DNA from: Acanthaster planci
Lineage: Eukaryota
Length of the DNA stretch: 64,000 nt
Assembly: GCF_001949145.1 (NCBI RefSeq)
Contig: NW_019091359.1
Span: 3,076,861 to 3,140,860 of the forward strand
Reading direction: 5' to 3'
Shown here: in pieces, positions 13,101 through 26,428 of the stretch
Layout of the letters: the number at the start of each line of letters is the position of its first letter
Position numbering within the stretch: position 1 is the first letter of the stretch
Notes under the pieces: model-generated
Told to the model about the DNA's origin: nothing
Database searches by the model: none
Seen by the model: only the letters and a program-made list of their open reading frames with translations
Made by a program: the position numbers and the translations under genes

Positions 13101-16100
13101 TAAAGGAATGGTACTGCGGAGGATTGGCAGAAATGGATTGGTATCTGCTGGAGTCTGTTAGACTTCCTAATTGGAAAAGGAAAATATTGAAACAAAAACA
13201 GTTTATTTGAGTGCATGGAAAAAAATACATGAAACTGAGCATGGAAGGAAGTATCTCTGCCATGGAAACAAAAGAAAGTGACTGTAAAATTATTTTTCCT
13301 GAATGCTTTTAGTTGAAATTTGAAAATTCTTTGGAGGCATAACAAAAATAGCAATCAATGCTGCCAGTGCACAGAACAGCAGATACTAGTCAGTGTTGGT
13401 GGCGCTGTGTGCTGTTGCCATGGTAATAAGGAAGGTCCAGCCATGTCCGTCCAGCAGCTGTAATGTACACTATGCTTAAAGTTTAAGGTTAATTTTACCA
13501 AGAGATGAGCACAAAATGAGGCTTGAATTGCTGCCTATGCTATTCAACTTTCTTCTGTCATCATGAGTAAGCTTGCCTCAGAAGTTGCTGATTTGCATAT
13601 GAAAAGCCTGAAACATTAACTGTCATTGCAACATTATTTGGTTGGGATTTTGATATGCCTACTGCAACTTTAAGTTCCAATCCATTCTGTTAGATGTTTC
13701 AAATTGCTTTACCACCCCATGCCACAAGGCCCGATACTGTAGGAACCAATTTCTACTTGGCAGGGTTGTGACAAGTACAGTCATCATGAATGTTTATGAT
13801 AATGTCATCATAAGCTTTTACAGTCACATTGATGTGAAGTGTGAATTTAGGTCGCCAGTTCTCGACAAGTTTTGGACATAATTGTGGGTAATAATAAAGT
13901 GATTCTGGTTTAATATGGTCAGTGTAATCAGGTAGTGAGTGGGAGGCTAAAGTGAGTGGAAGGCTAAAGAGTGATACAATATTCAAACATCATGTCTTCT
14001 TTTTGAATTTCACAACAGTTCATACTTTGAGATGTATTTTTGCGTTGGGGAGATGTTGGGGAGGCAAACCCGTTATATATAAGTTCATACTTTGCATGAG
14101 CATGAAATTCTGAGGTGAGATTAAATATTCATGCTGTGAATTTGCAACAGATGAACACATTTCATCTCTAGGGAATTTCACTGTAACAATTTGGCAATGA
14201 CAGAAGTCACTTTATATTTGCATGTGCCTGAAATATAAACCAACCTCAAGAAAGCTTGAAACAAAAAGCTGGTACTCTTGACACAGTTCATCAACTCTAT
14301 ATTAAACTCACAGATTCCTAAAACCTAACTACCTTCTTTTGCTTTATTCCATTATCTTCTCCATACCTTCCTCATGATGTGTCTGCTGTCACCTGCCACC
14401 TGTCCTTCTGTGGATTCTTCCTTCATCTGTAACCTTGAGCAGGTGTTGGACAGTAATAGTTGTCGATTCATCATCGAGAGTAAGACCAAGAGTATTGAGT
14501 TCCAAACCAACTCAGAGGAAGAGAGAGAAGATTGGATGAGGGTAGGCAGAAATGTTCACTTTCTGAATCTTCCATCCTACATTAAAGATATATCCTAGAG
14601 TAAGCAATGTTCCTTCCATTTATGTTGGGTTGTAACCAAGGTGCTGAATGTAGTGCGTAAGAGCAAACATGAATGTATAAAGCATTGGCTGTCTCGTCGC
14701 CCAAGTTGAAATATTTGAAGGGGGGCAGATTTGTAGTGTGAATTTTTTTTGTAGTGTCATTGCTTCACACATTCCTCATCATAGTCAGTTTTGTGTCCAT
14801 GATTGTGACTCAAATCTTTAATGATTTAATGATCTTTAATAAAAAGGGACTTAAAAACCTTTCAGAACTTCATTATTTAAGTTCACACTGAGTTTTGGGG
14901 AGTAATTGATGACAAGAGTGGATTCGTGATAAGATCATCTCAGTTCACATGGTGTTGGAACCGACAAATTGGAAATTGTTTCCAGGAAATAAACCAATTT
15001 GCACAACTTCCTGTCAAGAAAGAAGGCCAACTTGTCTCTTCTCCTTGTGTGGAGTTGACAGACATACACTTGGCAAACAAGAATTCAACCTTCCAATTGT
15101 TGTGAAATTTCTAATCGTTGCTGTCTGAGAGTGTGCAAAGAAAATGTTTACAGGCTTTCTTTGGTAGGAGTCAAACCCAAAGCGTGGTAATTAGTGGAGC
15201 TAACTGAACGACTCAAATGGAGTATTCAACTGTGGACAGATGCATGCCTTTAGGGACATCCTGAAGCTGTCAGTTCAGATAGCTGGAAATGTTGGAAAGG
15301 CAAATTTATTAAAATGCCCTCTTTGCAATGATATCTATCTCATAGGTGCTGCTGTCCGCTATTCAAGAGATGTATTGGAAAAAGGAAACTTTCAGGACAA
15401 ATGATGCAGTGGGAGACAGGCAAAATGGAGATGAGTATGGTGTCAAGGTACGTGCACATCAGGGCTATGATTTCTCAGAATTTTTCCAGATTTCTGGACT
15501 TTTGACCCAAAGCATTCTAAATTTGTAGAGGTTTAACTCCTTCACGCCCGGATGCAGCTAGAGCCGCTGTAAAAATTGAGGTCCTCAGCCCACTTTTCAG
15601 CTATTATTCTTGGCCCACGCTCGAGCAAACACCGTAAAAAAAGGCAGACCCTGGCTCTTGTATATATGGTGATTGGCCTTTGTGTGTAGCCCAGAAATGA
15701 AAAGACCAATTTTGCATCATACTAACTAGCTTCACAATAGTCCCCACTTTGAAAAGAGGCAACGGGAATGTAGAAGCGTGAGTAGAGCCGGATGCCACCG
15801 AACAATCAGCCTTTTCACCGTGTAATTCAAAGCATGCAGAGCACGCAGGGCCACAAACCAAGAATTTGCGGTTTGGCAGGTGGTCTTCATGGCCAAGCGA
15901 GGCTGGAATTCTTGGAGTCGGCTTTCAGAAAGAAATTCCCATCATCAAGGGGTTAATCATTGAAGTTTTGCTTTTTTGTTGCACTTTGTACACAAATAAC
16001 AGTCAGGACTTACAAAGTCCTAGCCAGTTTTTCATTGTTTTTTCCTCTCTGCTGGATGTTCTTTACATATTTCGTCTCCAATCTTGCCCAAGCACATGAT

Positions 16101-19100
16101 TTTAAATTTCTTGCCACAAACGTGCTTAGAATCACAGTCTTCTCACTACATCACCAAAAAAAAATGCAGTCAACAAACAATACAGTTCGGTGATTCCTGA
16201 TACTTTTCTGTCCTCTGAAGGCCAAATTTGTACCCGGAGAGTCTTGCCCTAGATGGATCAAGGATGATGAGACAAGCATGTGTATGAGATGTGGCACAGA
16301 CTTCAAGTTAACCAAACGGAGACACCATTGCAGAGCATGTGGTGCGGTGAGTATACCTAGCACAGCTCTCTTACACCATTAATCCCATACAGTACTTAAT
16401 AACATGTCATAATCAGTTGAAACTGCAGTGAAGGCACCTGTGTGTCCAACCATTCCCCTAAAGAATAAAAAGCCCTACAGAATCAGAAGAAAGGCTTGTT
16501 TTGTGCTCATTGCAGGTCGTTTGTCACAAATGTTCCAACTTTGAGGCACCCTTAGAGTACGATGACAACAAAATGAACAAAGTTTGCATCAAGTGTTACT
16601 ACGTAATAAAAGGAGATGAGGAAGAGATAAAGAAACTTGCTCGAAGGGTAAGTCGATAGCATCATTAAGGTTGAGTTTGATCAACGTCAGCTGAACAATG
16701 GATGGTTTGGACGATCTGGTCAACCATTGGGAGCCAGGAGGGAACCATTCACATGAAAATATTTGTACAGGATGTCATTGACCACAAATGCCTTGAGAGT
16801 TGCAGCTAACTGCAAAATGTGAGCGATGAGATTTGACAGAACAGTTTGTGTAGGACATTCAGGTGCAGCCGTATTGTTTCCAAGCAATTTATTTAGTGAT
16901 CAAACAGAGATCTTCGCTGCACCTTGCCCTCAATTTAAATCATACCCCTATTATTTTGATTAATACTTTTTTCTGAGTGATTTGGGGGACATTGTTTCCC
17001 AGATTTCCACTTTTTTGCTATAAGGCAAAGCAGCAGTTTTTACAGCACCACCTGTATATTAGATTAGAACTGGCCAGGGAATGACCCTAACGAGCTGCTC
17101 AAGCAGTAAGACAGGTGGTCGTAGGTTCTAATTCCACATGGATATGTTTCTGTAGTTGTGTCTTTCTGGCATTTCAGCACCAAATATCTAAAAATGTGGA
17201 AGGGTTAACCCGATATTATTACCAATGTTTCTGCACCAGGATCAGGGAACATGACTCAACTGGTTCACACCTGACGACAGTGTATTTCTGGGTACTACAT
17301 AGGTGTCAAATGAAAGTTATTGTGCCCACAACTCTCTCCCAAATTTCCTAACAAATGAAATGGTCCCCTCAACGCTGGGTCAGCGATGGAACAGCTTGTG
17401 GAAGGGAGCCTTGAACACAATAGTCAGATATTAGGAAGAAGCTTCCACTATACATGTAGAGTTGGATAGATCAGTTGATAGAATGCTGGCATAGCATTCT
17501 GAATGTTTCATCTTCAAATCCTGTTCCACTCAAAAGTCGGTTATGTTACTCAAAACAAGCATATTTCTGACATCAGCAAGGTTTAGGTTCATCGCTGCTC
17601 ATGTATAAAGTATTCTAACTGATATCTTTGTTTTCTCTTTCAATTTGTAGTCGTTGATCCCAGAAATAGATGAAGACAACTCATTTAGTAGCTTTCTGTA
17701 TCTTCATTACAAGGGGGCTTGGACAAAGTTCTGGGTGGTTGTGACAGAGCAGGATATGTTTGTTCTAAAAGCACCAAAGGTTGGTTCCATGTTCCATGTT
17801 ACAAGGACTGTATATTAGAATACTTGGCAGGTATGCAGGATTGATCAAAAGTTATTTTCAGCAGTCCTGTGCAAGGTTTTTGATTTGTTACTGTGTGTAT
17901 TTTCAAAGGCTGGCCATTTTTTTTTGAGAATCTGGTCTTGGTTGGCCAAGTCAGTTTCTTTGTTGCATTTACTGGGGAATGGTGTCTACTTTTCTTGGCC
18001 CATCATCATCAGCAGTCTTCACAGTTTTAATCACTCTACTAACAAAACCTGTGACATATTTATAGAAAGCTCAAAAAGGAGAGACCCCCCCAAAATCTAG
18101 ATGTCACTGGTTCACGTGCTATTCCAGTCTATCCTCACTTAAAATTAGTAATCTAAGTCAAGTTTGCATTGTCTTTACAAGTCCATCACAAGAGTTTCAA
18201 TCTCAAGTCAAATCACATGCTATTCAAATCAACTGTAGTGAAGCCCTTTTGTTTATTATCCTGTATACTACCAGACTTCTGATTGACCTTTAGCAGACTC
18301 AACTAAAACTCTTGTCAGTAATCTATTTTCTCTTTTTTCCCCTGTTCAGGACGTGCGACCTGTTTTTACCCTGCCCATTAAGCTCTACAACATCCGTAAC
18401 ATCAACGACACTGATGCTGAAAGAGACCACGTATTCAAACTCAGTGACAGCAGAACAGTACATACGCTGTCTGCAGAATCCAAGGAACTCAAAAGAAGGT
18501 GTGTTCTTATGATTTGTTTGGGCTAATTTTTGAAGGAGTACTGTGGTTTTGCTTGGATCAGATCAAAATTAAGTGCTAAGGAATACTATCTTGTTTTGTT
18601 TTTATGGTGTGCTTAATAGTAAGCACTCATTTCAAAGGGAACAAAACTATGTTTATTTTTCAAATTCAGGAGATGAAAAGGTATTCTCAGATGTTTCTTG
18701 CAAATTAGAAACTAAAACATTGACGGCTTTAGAAAATCTTTACTTCTTGTTGATGCTAGCCAAATGTTCAGTAATAAAATCACTGATTATTTTTCTTGTA
18801 AGTTTTGTGAACTAAAAATGAAAATAAACATCAAGTTTTTTAATAGGAGGACTGTGAATTCAAGGACAATTCAAAGAAACAAGCATTTATTACGGGCCCC
18901 TTTTTCTTGGATCAGCTGATTTCCTTATTATTTGCTTCACACTCATGCCATTAAAAATTGAAAAACACTTTACAAAGTCTTGTAAAGATTGGAATTTCCT
19001 CGTTTTATGTCAAAATCCAAATTGCATGCCATTATTAACAGGTTTAACCACTCCCCGTCAGNNNNNNNNNNNNNNNNNNNNNNNNNNNNNNNNNNNNNNN

Positions 19101-20341
19101 NNNNNNNNNNNNNNNNNNNNNNNNNNNNNNNNNNNNNNNNNNNNNNNNNNNNNNNNNNNNNNNNNNNNNNNNNNNNNNNNNNNNNNNNNNNNNNNNNNNN
19201 NNNNNNNNNNNNNNNNNNNNNNNNNNNNNNNNNNNNNNNNNNNNNNNNNNNNNNNNNNNNNNNNNNNNNNNNNNNNNNNNNNNNNNNNNNNNNNNNNNNN
19301 NNNNNNNNNNNNNNNNNNNNNNNNNNNNNNNNNNNNNNNNNNNNNNNNNNNNNNNNNNNNNNNNNNNNNNNNNNNNNNNNNNNNNNNNNNNNNNNNNNNN
19401 NNNNNNNNNNNNNNNNNNNNNNNNNNNNNNNNNNNNNNNNNNNNNNNNNNNNNNNNNNNNNNNNNNNNNNNNNNNNNNNNNNNNNNNNNNNNNNNNNNNN
19501 NNNNNNNNNNNNNNNNNNNNNNNNNNNNNNNNNNNNNNNNNNNNNNNNNNNNNTGGCAGTTATCAATGTTGATGATGCTGGGGGCGGGATAATTATCATT
19601 GGTTCTGTTTTTAAAATTCTTTAAAAATTCCTATCTTCATATACTGGACACTTACACCCACAAAAAGGACTGTCTGGTTTCTACTTTAATCTGACAGACA
19701 ACATCTATTGACGCTGGGGTATTTCAACCAGGCCTGCCGCCTTGTAAAAGAGCCCAGATTTTGCGGTGTTACATAATTTTCTTTTGTTCACATAATTGGC
19801 ACAGTGCACTGCTGACCTCTTTTAAAAAGGCGCCTGATTAGTGTGAAGTGGTACTGTGTGGCTCATCGCTGCAGTGGTGGAGTGCTTTTGTTCCGTGGTA
19901 ATCTGCTTGTGCTAAATCTCCAAAACTGTGGTATACTGTTTCAAAACAAGGCTGGATTATCTCCACAATTGAGAGTGCAAAAATGTTGGTAATGCCCAGC
20001 AGCCTGATCTTTTGTTATGAGTACAGTCTTTTGTTACAAGGCCCAGTTCCGTTTGTCTGATTTCGGACACCCCGGCCTCTTGAATAAAGAATACATGTCT
20101 GGTTCTGGAAACCCCGATGGGAAGTGGTTAATACCCAGATGGGCATGAAAATGAAAGATGAGTTTAATCATTTGAAACTGTCAAATCCTGGCATGAAGTG
20201 TGGGAAGTCCATGTGGGCTTGGTTGGGTGTTGAACCCTGTACCGTCAGTATGCAGGGTGTGCTAATTTCTTACTCATTTACAGGTGGATGACTGTTCTCT
20301 CTGAAGGCGTCGAGAAAGTGATAAAGCAAGCAACAATTTAA
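1190..20341 (+). CDS. FGD: FYVE, RhoGEF and PH domain-containing protein (FGD1-4/frabin-like Cdc42 GEF), 5'-incomplete, 15 coding exons, about 790 aa in window
   Basis: Exons, all AG/GT-bounded and phase-compatible: 1190-2031, 2798-2946, 5332-5488, 6243-6330, 8453-8503, 8734-8792, 11331-11474, 12117-12209, 14443-14541, 15346-15447, 16221-16346, 16516-16647, 17651-17779, 18350-18498, 20284-20341 (TAA). DH motifs [51 protein letters not shown]1 LLKEGKITK...DRYIFLFND; FYVE WIKD...CMRC...[15 protein letters not shown]...KVCIKC; C-terminal PH2. The first exon starts in phase 1, so the start codon is upstream. Vertebrate paralog number cannot be assigned. Confidence 0.95.
2010..2120. repeat. 37-bp tandem triplication spanning an FGD splice donor
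   Basis: Unit cactttgtacctcattaatgaagt(g/c)agtt(c/t)gtg(a/g)ttg at 2010, 2047 and 2084. Confidence 0.95.
2295..2423. repeat. Imperfect fold-back (inverted repeat), probable small MITE
   Basis: Left arm catgtgaaattgatcttttctataagagtgg...gagtg pairs with right arm cactc...ccactctctgtagaagagattgatttcacacg; arms about 55 bp. Confidence 0.7.
2998..3535 (+). mobile_element. TTAA-flanked non-autonomous DNA transposon (piggyBac-type MITE), family B copy 1, diverged
   Basis: TTAA-ccatgttctgctggg ... cccggcaggatatgg-TTAA; internal sequence homologous to 19044, 27342 and 48016. Confidence 0.75.
6828..7250 (+). mobile_element. piggyBac-type MITE, family A copy 1
   Basis: tgaa-CCCCTT ... AAGGGG-TTAA termini; highly similar reverse-complement copy at 15533-15956 (shared translation [38 protein letters not shown] in the ORF track). 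Confidence 0.85.
8054..8339. other. Assembly gap
   Basis: Run of N in an FGD intron; flanking exons join in phase, so no coding exon is required here. Confidence 1.
10898..11006 (+). repeat. Fragment of an unclassified dispersed repeat
   Basis: ggatcagctgatttcctt...cttcacactcatgc...tacaaagtcttgtaaagattggaatttcct...ttgcatgcc recurs at 18909-19030. Confidence 0.7.
15533..15956 (-). mobile_element. piggyBac-type MITE, family A copy 2 (inverted relative to copy 1)
   Basis: TTAA-ctcctt ... aagggg-TTAA; reverse complement of 6828-7250. Confidence 0.85.
18909..19030 (+). repeat. Fragment of an unclassified dispersed repeat (second copy)
   Basis: Direct similarity to 10898-11006. Confidence 0.7.
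19044..20131 (+). mobile_element. piggyBac-type MITE, family B copy 2 (contains an assembly gap)
   Basis: TTAA-ccactcccc ... gggaagtgg-TTAA; body homologous to the other family B copies. Confidence 0.85.
19062..19553. other. Assembly gap
   Basis: Run of N inside MITE family B copy 2. Confidence 1.
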
Positions 20342-23145
20342 AAGCCTGGCTCATCAGACTCTAGACATCACCTTGATCACCCCAGTCGAGGGGACCACAC
20401 CCTTGTAGGCGTGCCTTAAAGGGGTCGCACCCGATTCAACCTATCCTGAAGGATTCTGCCTTACATCAATCCACCCTAAAGTCCATGCTACTTAGGCATT
20501 TGTAAAACACTGATTTGGACTGACCTGCTGGAAAAGTGCCATGCCAAGTGAGACCCTGTGAAAGGGACCACACCCTGAATAGACACACCCAACAGGACCG
20601 TGCCTGATTGGTTCATTGAGAAAAGACCACATCTAGATTGGTTGCTCACAAAAGAGACTGCGCCTTATCAGACCTGCCAACAGACCACACCCAGATGGAG
20701 GTACCCAAAGGAGCCACGCCTTGACACACCCAACAGCCAACTGGTTAAAACTGTAAATCTCTTTATCTTCAATTACCAATATTAGAATTAGATTGTCAGA
20801 AATTTGTGAATGCTTGTGATTTAAAATCACTAAATATAAACAGGTAGAACCTCTATTTAGTGAAGTTCTGTCCATTGCTTGATCAGCATTTCGTTCACAA
20901 CAACATCCGATCTCTTTTTATTGGATACTGGCTATGTTCCAGTGATCTCATTTTGTAAATACATGTACACTGTATGTTTTTGAGTGACTTCATTAACAAT
21001 ACAAGCCTAGTGTGTGTATATTGATGGAACTATTTTGTGTACATACATTTTTTGTATCTATGTATTTGTGTATCCATGAAAATTATGATGTTTTCATTTA
21101 CAGAACTATGCAGACTTTTTTGAGAATGATTTAAATGGAAAAGCTATTTATGAACTATTTTAAATTGAGTACAGTCTTTTGAAAAGGAATTTGTTCTGAG
21201 GCCAACCTCATGTAGGGATAAAGTTTATGTAAAAATGTTGATAAACAAGGGTCTTAAAACACGTTTTTATTTACAAATGTATATTTACCTTCAAGCTTTT
21301 AGAATTTTTAAAAGATGGTCACAAAGTAATGTACAGAGTTGCAACAAATCATATTTAACCTACACAGTGAGACTATGTCTTGTCGTATAGATATAATGAA
21401 GGGCTTTCTCAAATGTTAACATGACCTTTAACGTCACTGACTGTGCAACACCAAGAAGTTACCTGAGACATTTTAAGTGTCTTGTTTCCCTGTGTTTTTG
21501 TTTTAGTTATAAATAGCATTTCAGTAGACTGGCAACTGTGTTGAGATATGTGATTACAGAGATCAGTTCTATTTGTCCACTCAACATAAGCGATGACCAA
21601 CTTAAAATAATTTTTCATTCATGGGCGAGTTCGATCCCAAGACCACAAGTTAACTAGTTGTAGATTCATGACGCACCTAGCGCATGTGCAGTGAAGTTGA
21701 AGTGCAAACAACCCTCGTCAATCGTCGTCAGGTCATTAGGCTGAAGGGGAGAAAAGGTGGCTGTAGGAAGGGCAAAATAGCTAAATTAAAAGTGGAAATG
21801 GTCATCAGTTACTAGTGACATACTGTTTTTCCAGCATTTTTTTATAACCGGTTCTCTCTGCACTGAGCTATCAAAAATGGTTTATGGCAAGCAACGATGC
21901 GACCAACCTCGGTAGGCTGGTCGCAAATAGTTGACCAGACTGGTCCAACCATCATCAACTAGCGTGTGTTCAATCAGATTTAATCGAACTCTGGTTAACT
22001 ATAGTCCATGATCCAACCTGCTCCATTATGGCCTCACCGCTTGGATCAGTTTTACATGTCGCCACGGTGTTCACAGCAAATGTTTTTGCTGTCCAACAAA
22101 ATGCTTAAAAAGTGAATGTAGTTGCTGAAAATCACTTTTGCACCTAATATTAGTGTTTCTTACTACATGATGGGTTTATGGTAGAAGGAAATTACATTGG
22201 TGTGATGGACAACTGTTTTAGCACCCAATCTTACAAGGTTCTGCCTCATAAAAATAATGCCACAGGTGACAGTTAACTGAGACCAAGAGAATTATTTTGT
22301 GTACAAAATGTTAAGTTTAAAGTATAAAATTTTCTTAGTGCTTGCCATTTGTGATTTTGAATTCTTCAGTTTGTACATCTCATTGAAAACGTTTTGTTCA
22401 GCCATGCAAGTGATGATTACCACCTTCAGCTGTTGAATCATGTCCAGAGCCGCTACTGCTGCTACTATGGAATGAATCATGACTTGCAGGGTTGTATCAA
22501 CTGACTATTCTAAGTTGGAGCATGGACTGACCATTATATATTGCCCAAAACAACTTCAAGTTGTTCCCCCAGATAAGGTATATGTGGAATTTGTGTAGGC
22601 CTCATCCTACCTGGAATACATGTTTGTCTGTATGTTATCATTGTTATGTAAATTGTTTTGTATGTAAAGTTTTGTAATCGGTGTAAATGCTGTAGGATCA
22701 GTCTTTGTGGCTGTGTACTTAAACTGAAGCTTGGAAAGATCAGTGTTTTATAAAATTTAGCAGTTAAAGAAACCTACACGCTGTTTTTACCCCAGAAAAT
22801 CTATCTACATTTATAAGCAGATCAGACTCTCAGTCTTATCCAGCAAACAAAATTAGAAGCTATTTCATTCGTATCCGAGGTGTGGGTAATGTTTTAGCAA
22901 GCACATGTAGTACAAAAGCAGTGGGTTGAAGGGAGGATAGATTTTATACTTTCAATATGTTGAGGAGCGCAGCACCAGCTAGTTCATGAATGACATTGGA
23001 TACCTGACCAGCTTGTAAGAAATGTTTATCCTGCCTTTGTCACCCCTTGCCATATGTTCCTGAATTTGTTGTTGTGATGACTTCATTATACAAATAACAC
23101 ATGTTGATTAATGCATTGGTGAGAATAATTCATGAGATGATGTGT

Positions 23146-23280
23146 TGAAGGGTTCTATTTAAGGAGGCACAACTGAATGGAAGATTCTATTCCATAAGGC
23201 AAACTTGAATGGAAGGTTCTATTCATGAGGCAAAGCTGAATTGAAGGTTCCATTCCATATGGCAAACCTGAATGGAACAT
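23146..23280. repeat. Degenerate 31-32-bp tandem repeat, about 4 copies
   Basis: Recurring tgaatggaaggttctattccataaggcaaac-like unit in the presumed FGD 3' UTR. Confidence 0.75.
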
Positions 23281-24128
23281 TCAGTCTGTTACCTCATGAG
23301 GTTATTCTTTCCATTACAGAATGTTAAACATTCTAGTTCATTTTATACAGCACCTGAAGAAATTATTTGTAAACTTTGTGTATAAGTCACCATTTTACTT
23401 TGCCAGCCAGCAGTAAAAATACAACACGTTTCACCTTTAATCATTTGATAATCTATTTACCTATGTGTAGTTTCTTTCTCTTTAGAAACATATTCATGAT
23501 GAGTTCAGAAATGTCCTCATCTTACAGAAGACAAAATGTTCCCCATGTTATGCATGTATCGGTATAACCCAAAATTTGACATGGTTGTGTGGAGAGCCAT
23601 CAGTGTTCCTGCCATGATCACGCATGTTGTGTTATGTTCTTTCTACGACTAGGTATAGTTCAACCTGTTTGCAGGACAATGGTATAGACAGTGGGTATAA
23701 CAACAATCTCACCGTTGATTGTACAAAATAATTCATGACATGTGGATCTGCAACCCACCAATCAGAACACAGGGATTTTTTTCCAGGTGTTGCATTAAAC
23801 ATAATTATCACTTCACCTTTTCAAATTTCCTTTCATTTCATTTTATGTATTGAAATGGGTGAATTTAAATTGAGATAATCGGTGCATTGACTTTATATTT
23901 ATTATGATCTCTTTTTTTTGAAAGAAGTCACGTTTAAAAACCACTGTTTGTTTTGTATTAAGATGTTTTTATCTTTACTGTATAAAGCACTGAGACAAGC
24001 TGTGGTTAGCACTACTGACTAAACAGTTGAGTTTATATGCCATGAGATAAATACATATACATTTGGTACAAATGTATCATTTTTTAATGGAATATTTTTA
24101 ATGGTGTTCGCTAAAGCCTTGTGTTATG

Positions 24129-24134
24129 AATAAA
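24129..24134 (+). other. Candidate polyadenylation signal of FGD (implies a 3' UTR of about 3.8 kb)
   Basis: AATAAA after a long AU-rich stretch following the FGD stop at 20341. Other hexamers exist (e.g. about 25097). Confidence 0.35.
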
Positions 24135-26428
24135 TTACTATAGCAGAGCTTTCTATGTGGAAAGATATCTAGGTGAATTATAGGCACTTTGGATAAATTG
24201 TCAACTAGCTCAAACTCAGTTTTTATTAAGTGCCAATTCCAAGATGAGTATTTCAAGAGTTTGATGTTTTTGAGTGTTTTCAGTGAGTGTTTTGAGTCAG
24301 TTCAAACAATTCTCCAGACACCCCCTTCCCGTTTTGCCACCTCAGCATCTGAGCTCGCTTGTCAGCAAGATGCTGGTTGCTGCCTCATGGATGCTGACAA
24401 GTCACTGGAAGGGAGGGTAGCTTGAATCACAGTGCACTTGTTCTTAACTCAGATCCTAGTGGTATGCGGGCTAGCAGCCTTTCCTGGATTAGAGCATTTC
24501 CTCTTTTTACTTCCTTTTTACATTAGACAATTGAAAATAATTGTGGTAAGTCTCCTGCAGCTCAGAAAGTCTTTTTTCCCCCCGACTTCCTTTTTTCATG
24601 TTCAAGAGGGAGACCCAAGTGTAAATTTTTATAATGTTGTCATGAGGTGACCTTGTACACTTACATCAAAGCAAGTTTCGAGTTTGCTGTACGAATTTAA
24701 TTGGACCATTTTCCATTGTGCCAGCTAAAGCCATTTACATACTTGGCCACTCAGTGATTTAGCTTTGGTGACACCCCAAGTCTCAAGAATGTACTCAAAT
24801 GCAATCAGTGGAATGATAACAAGCAGTAGACATACCCTGGACAAAACCAAGAACACAAAAGAAAATAAACTTGGTATCCACAGCTTGCACTCATTTCTAT
24901 TGGTGCATTTTTATTCAAACAAATGTATCAACAGACTGTTTTTTTCCCTCAGGATTCATGCATATTTGGTTACAAAGTTACAAACTTGACATGGCTTCTG
25001 TTGCATTTAAAGAGAGAAGACTTTCCCAGAATGTTAAAAATGTTACCGACTTTGTACAAATCTGTAATATTCTGCTGTACACATGGTACATTTAGAAATA
25101 AAACCGCCATGATGTAGCTGACCTGATACTAAATGATGCCGTTTTAATTTTCTTGTTTACCTGTTCACTATTTGCAAAGCACTGCATTCTTGCAGGAAAC
25201 GTACCCTAGGTCAGTACATTGATCAGTCTAGCCAGTGATGTAAAGTTGAAAGAAGCCATGACAACGTACATCTCTCGAGGCCCTGTCCCCTGTGACATTT
25301 TCATCTGACAAAGTCTCTTGAATCTTCAGGTACGATGACATCTCATTTACTCAGAAGCTGTCAGATTTGGATATCCTGGCTTTGAGTTCAGTAAGATCCC
25401 TGATTTTTCCACATTTGTTTTATTTACATGTATAGGTTGAAGAAAAACCAGGCAGATGAATTATAAGCTATGATCGGGAAAATGATACCAATGAAAATGA
25501 GATTCCACGACCCATTGCTTGTAACTACTTAAGCTTTCCAAATTCAAACTTGTTATACAAAAGTTTGAATATGAACACTTGGGAGAACTGTCTAACATGG
25601 ACATGACCTACATAAGCCTGGTTTGGAATGGCGGATCATTTTTGCCATTACTGTGCCAGATTTACGCCCTCCAGTTAAATGCAGTGGCTCACAGTTTTTA
25701 ACCACAAGTCCACTCTACTGTATGTTAGCACAGAACAATAACATATTACCATAAACCATTCCAAGTCAAGTATGAGACAAAATATTGAAATTCTCTGGAT
25801 CCTAGCGGTAGTAAGACTCGAAATATTTAATCTTTTTTGAATCAGAAAAACCACAGGTATAAAGTTGGAATTGCTTGTTCCATGCACAAAGACAGGTTTG
25901 ATTCTCATGGAAAGCGTGAGTTTGTCTCAACGAGCTGATCATCATAATGACCTTTAATTGACATAATGACTACAGTGACAAATGATAAATTCCAAGCAAA
26001 ACCTAATGATATGTAAAAGAACAGCAAACATGTTTAACTAATTGAAAATCCAAAAAAAACCTCAATACAAGAAATCATGCAATCACACTTATGATTTTAT
26101 ATATTTTTTTTTCATAAATGTGTGACATCTGACATGACGTTTTTGTTTCTCATCTCAAAATTGACCAATGTTGTAAAGGTCATAATCACAAACAGCCAGA
26201 CCTCCAAATACATTTCGAATCAGCAAATTTTCTGCAGCAATTACAACAACTCTTCCGGTGAGCTCCTCCCAACTGGGTGAAAGTGGCTCCTGGTACCAGA
26301 CGACCTCTGTTTAGAGTTAACTTGGCAAGATGTGATGCAGGAAGTTAAGCTGTAACTAAGTAGACTGGCCAACGGTTGTGACTGAAAGTTACATGAGGGA
26401 GTTGAATCATTCTGTACAAATCCAAACC

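Noticed and set aside
20342..20790. Stop-codon readthrough or extra coding exon after the FGD stop
   Set aside because: The frame closes again after about 25 codons; the region is a degenerate repeat (gaccacaccc motifs) in the presumed 3' UTR.
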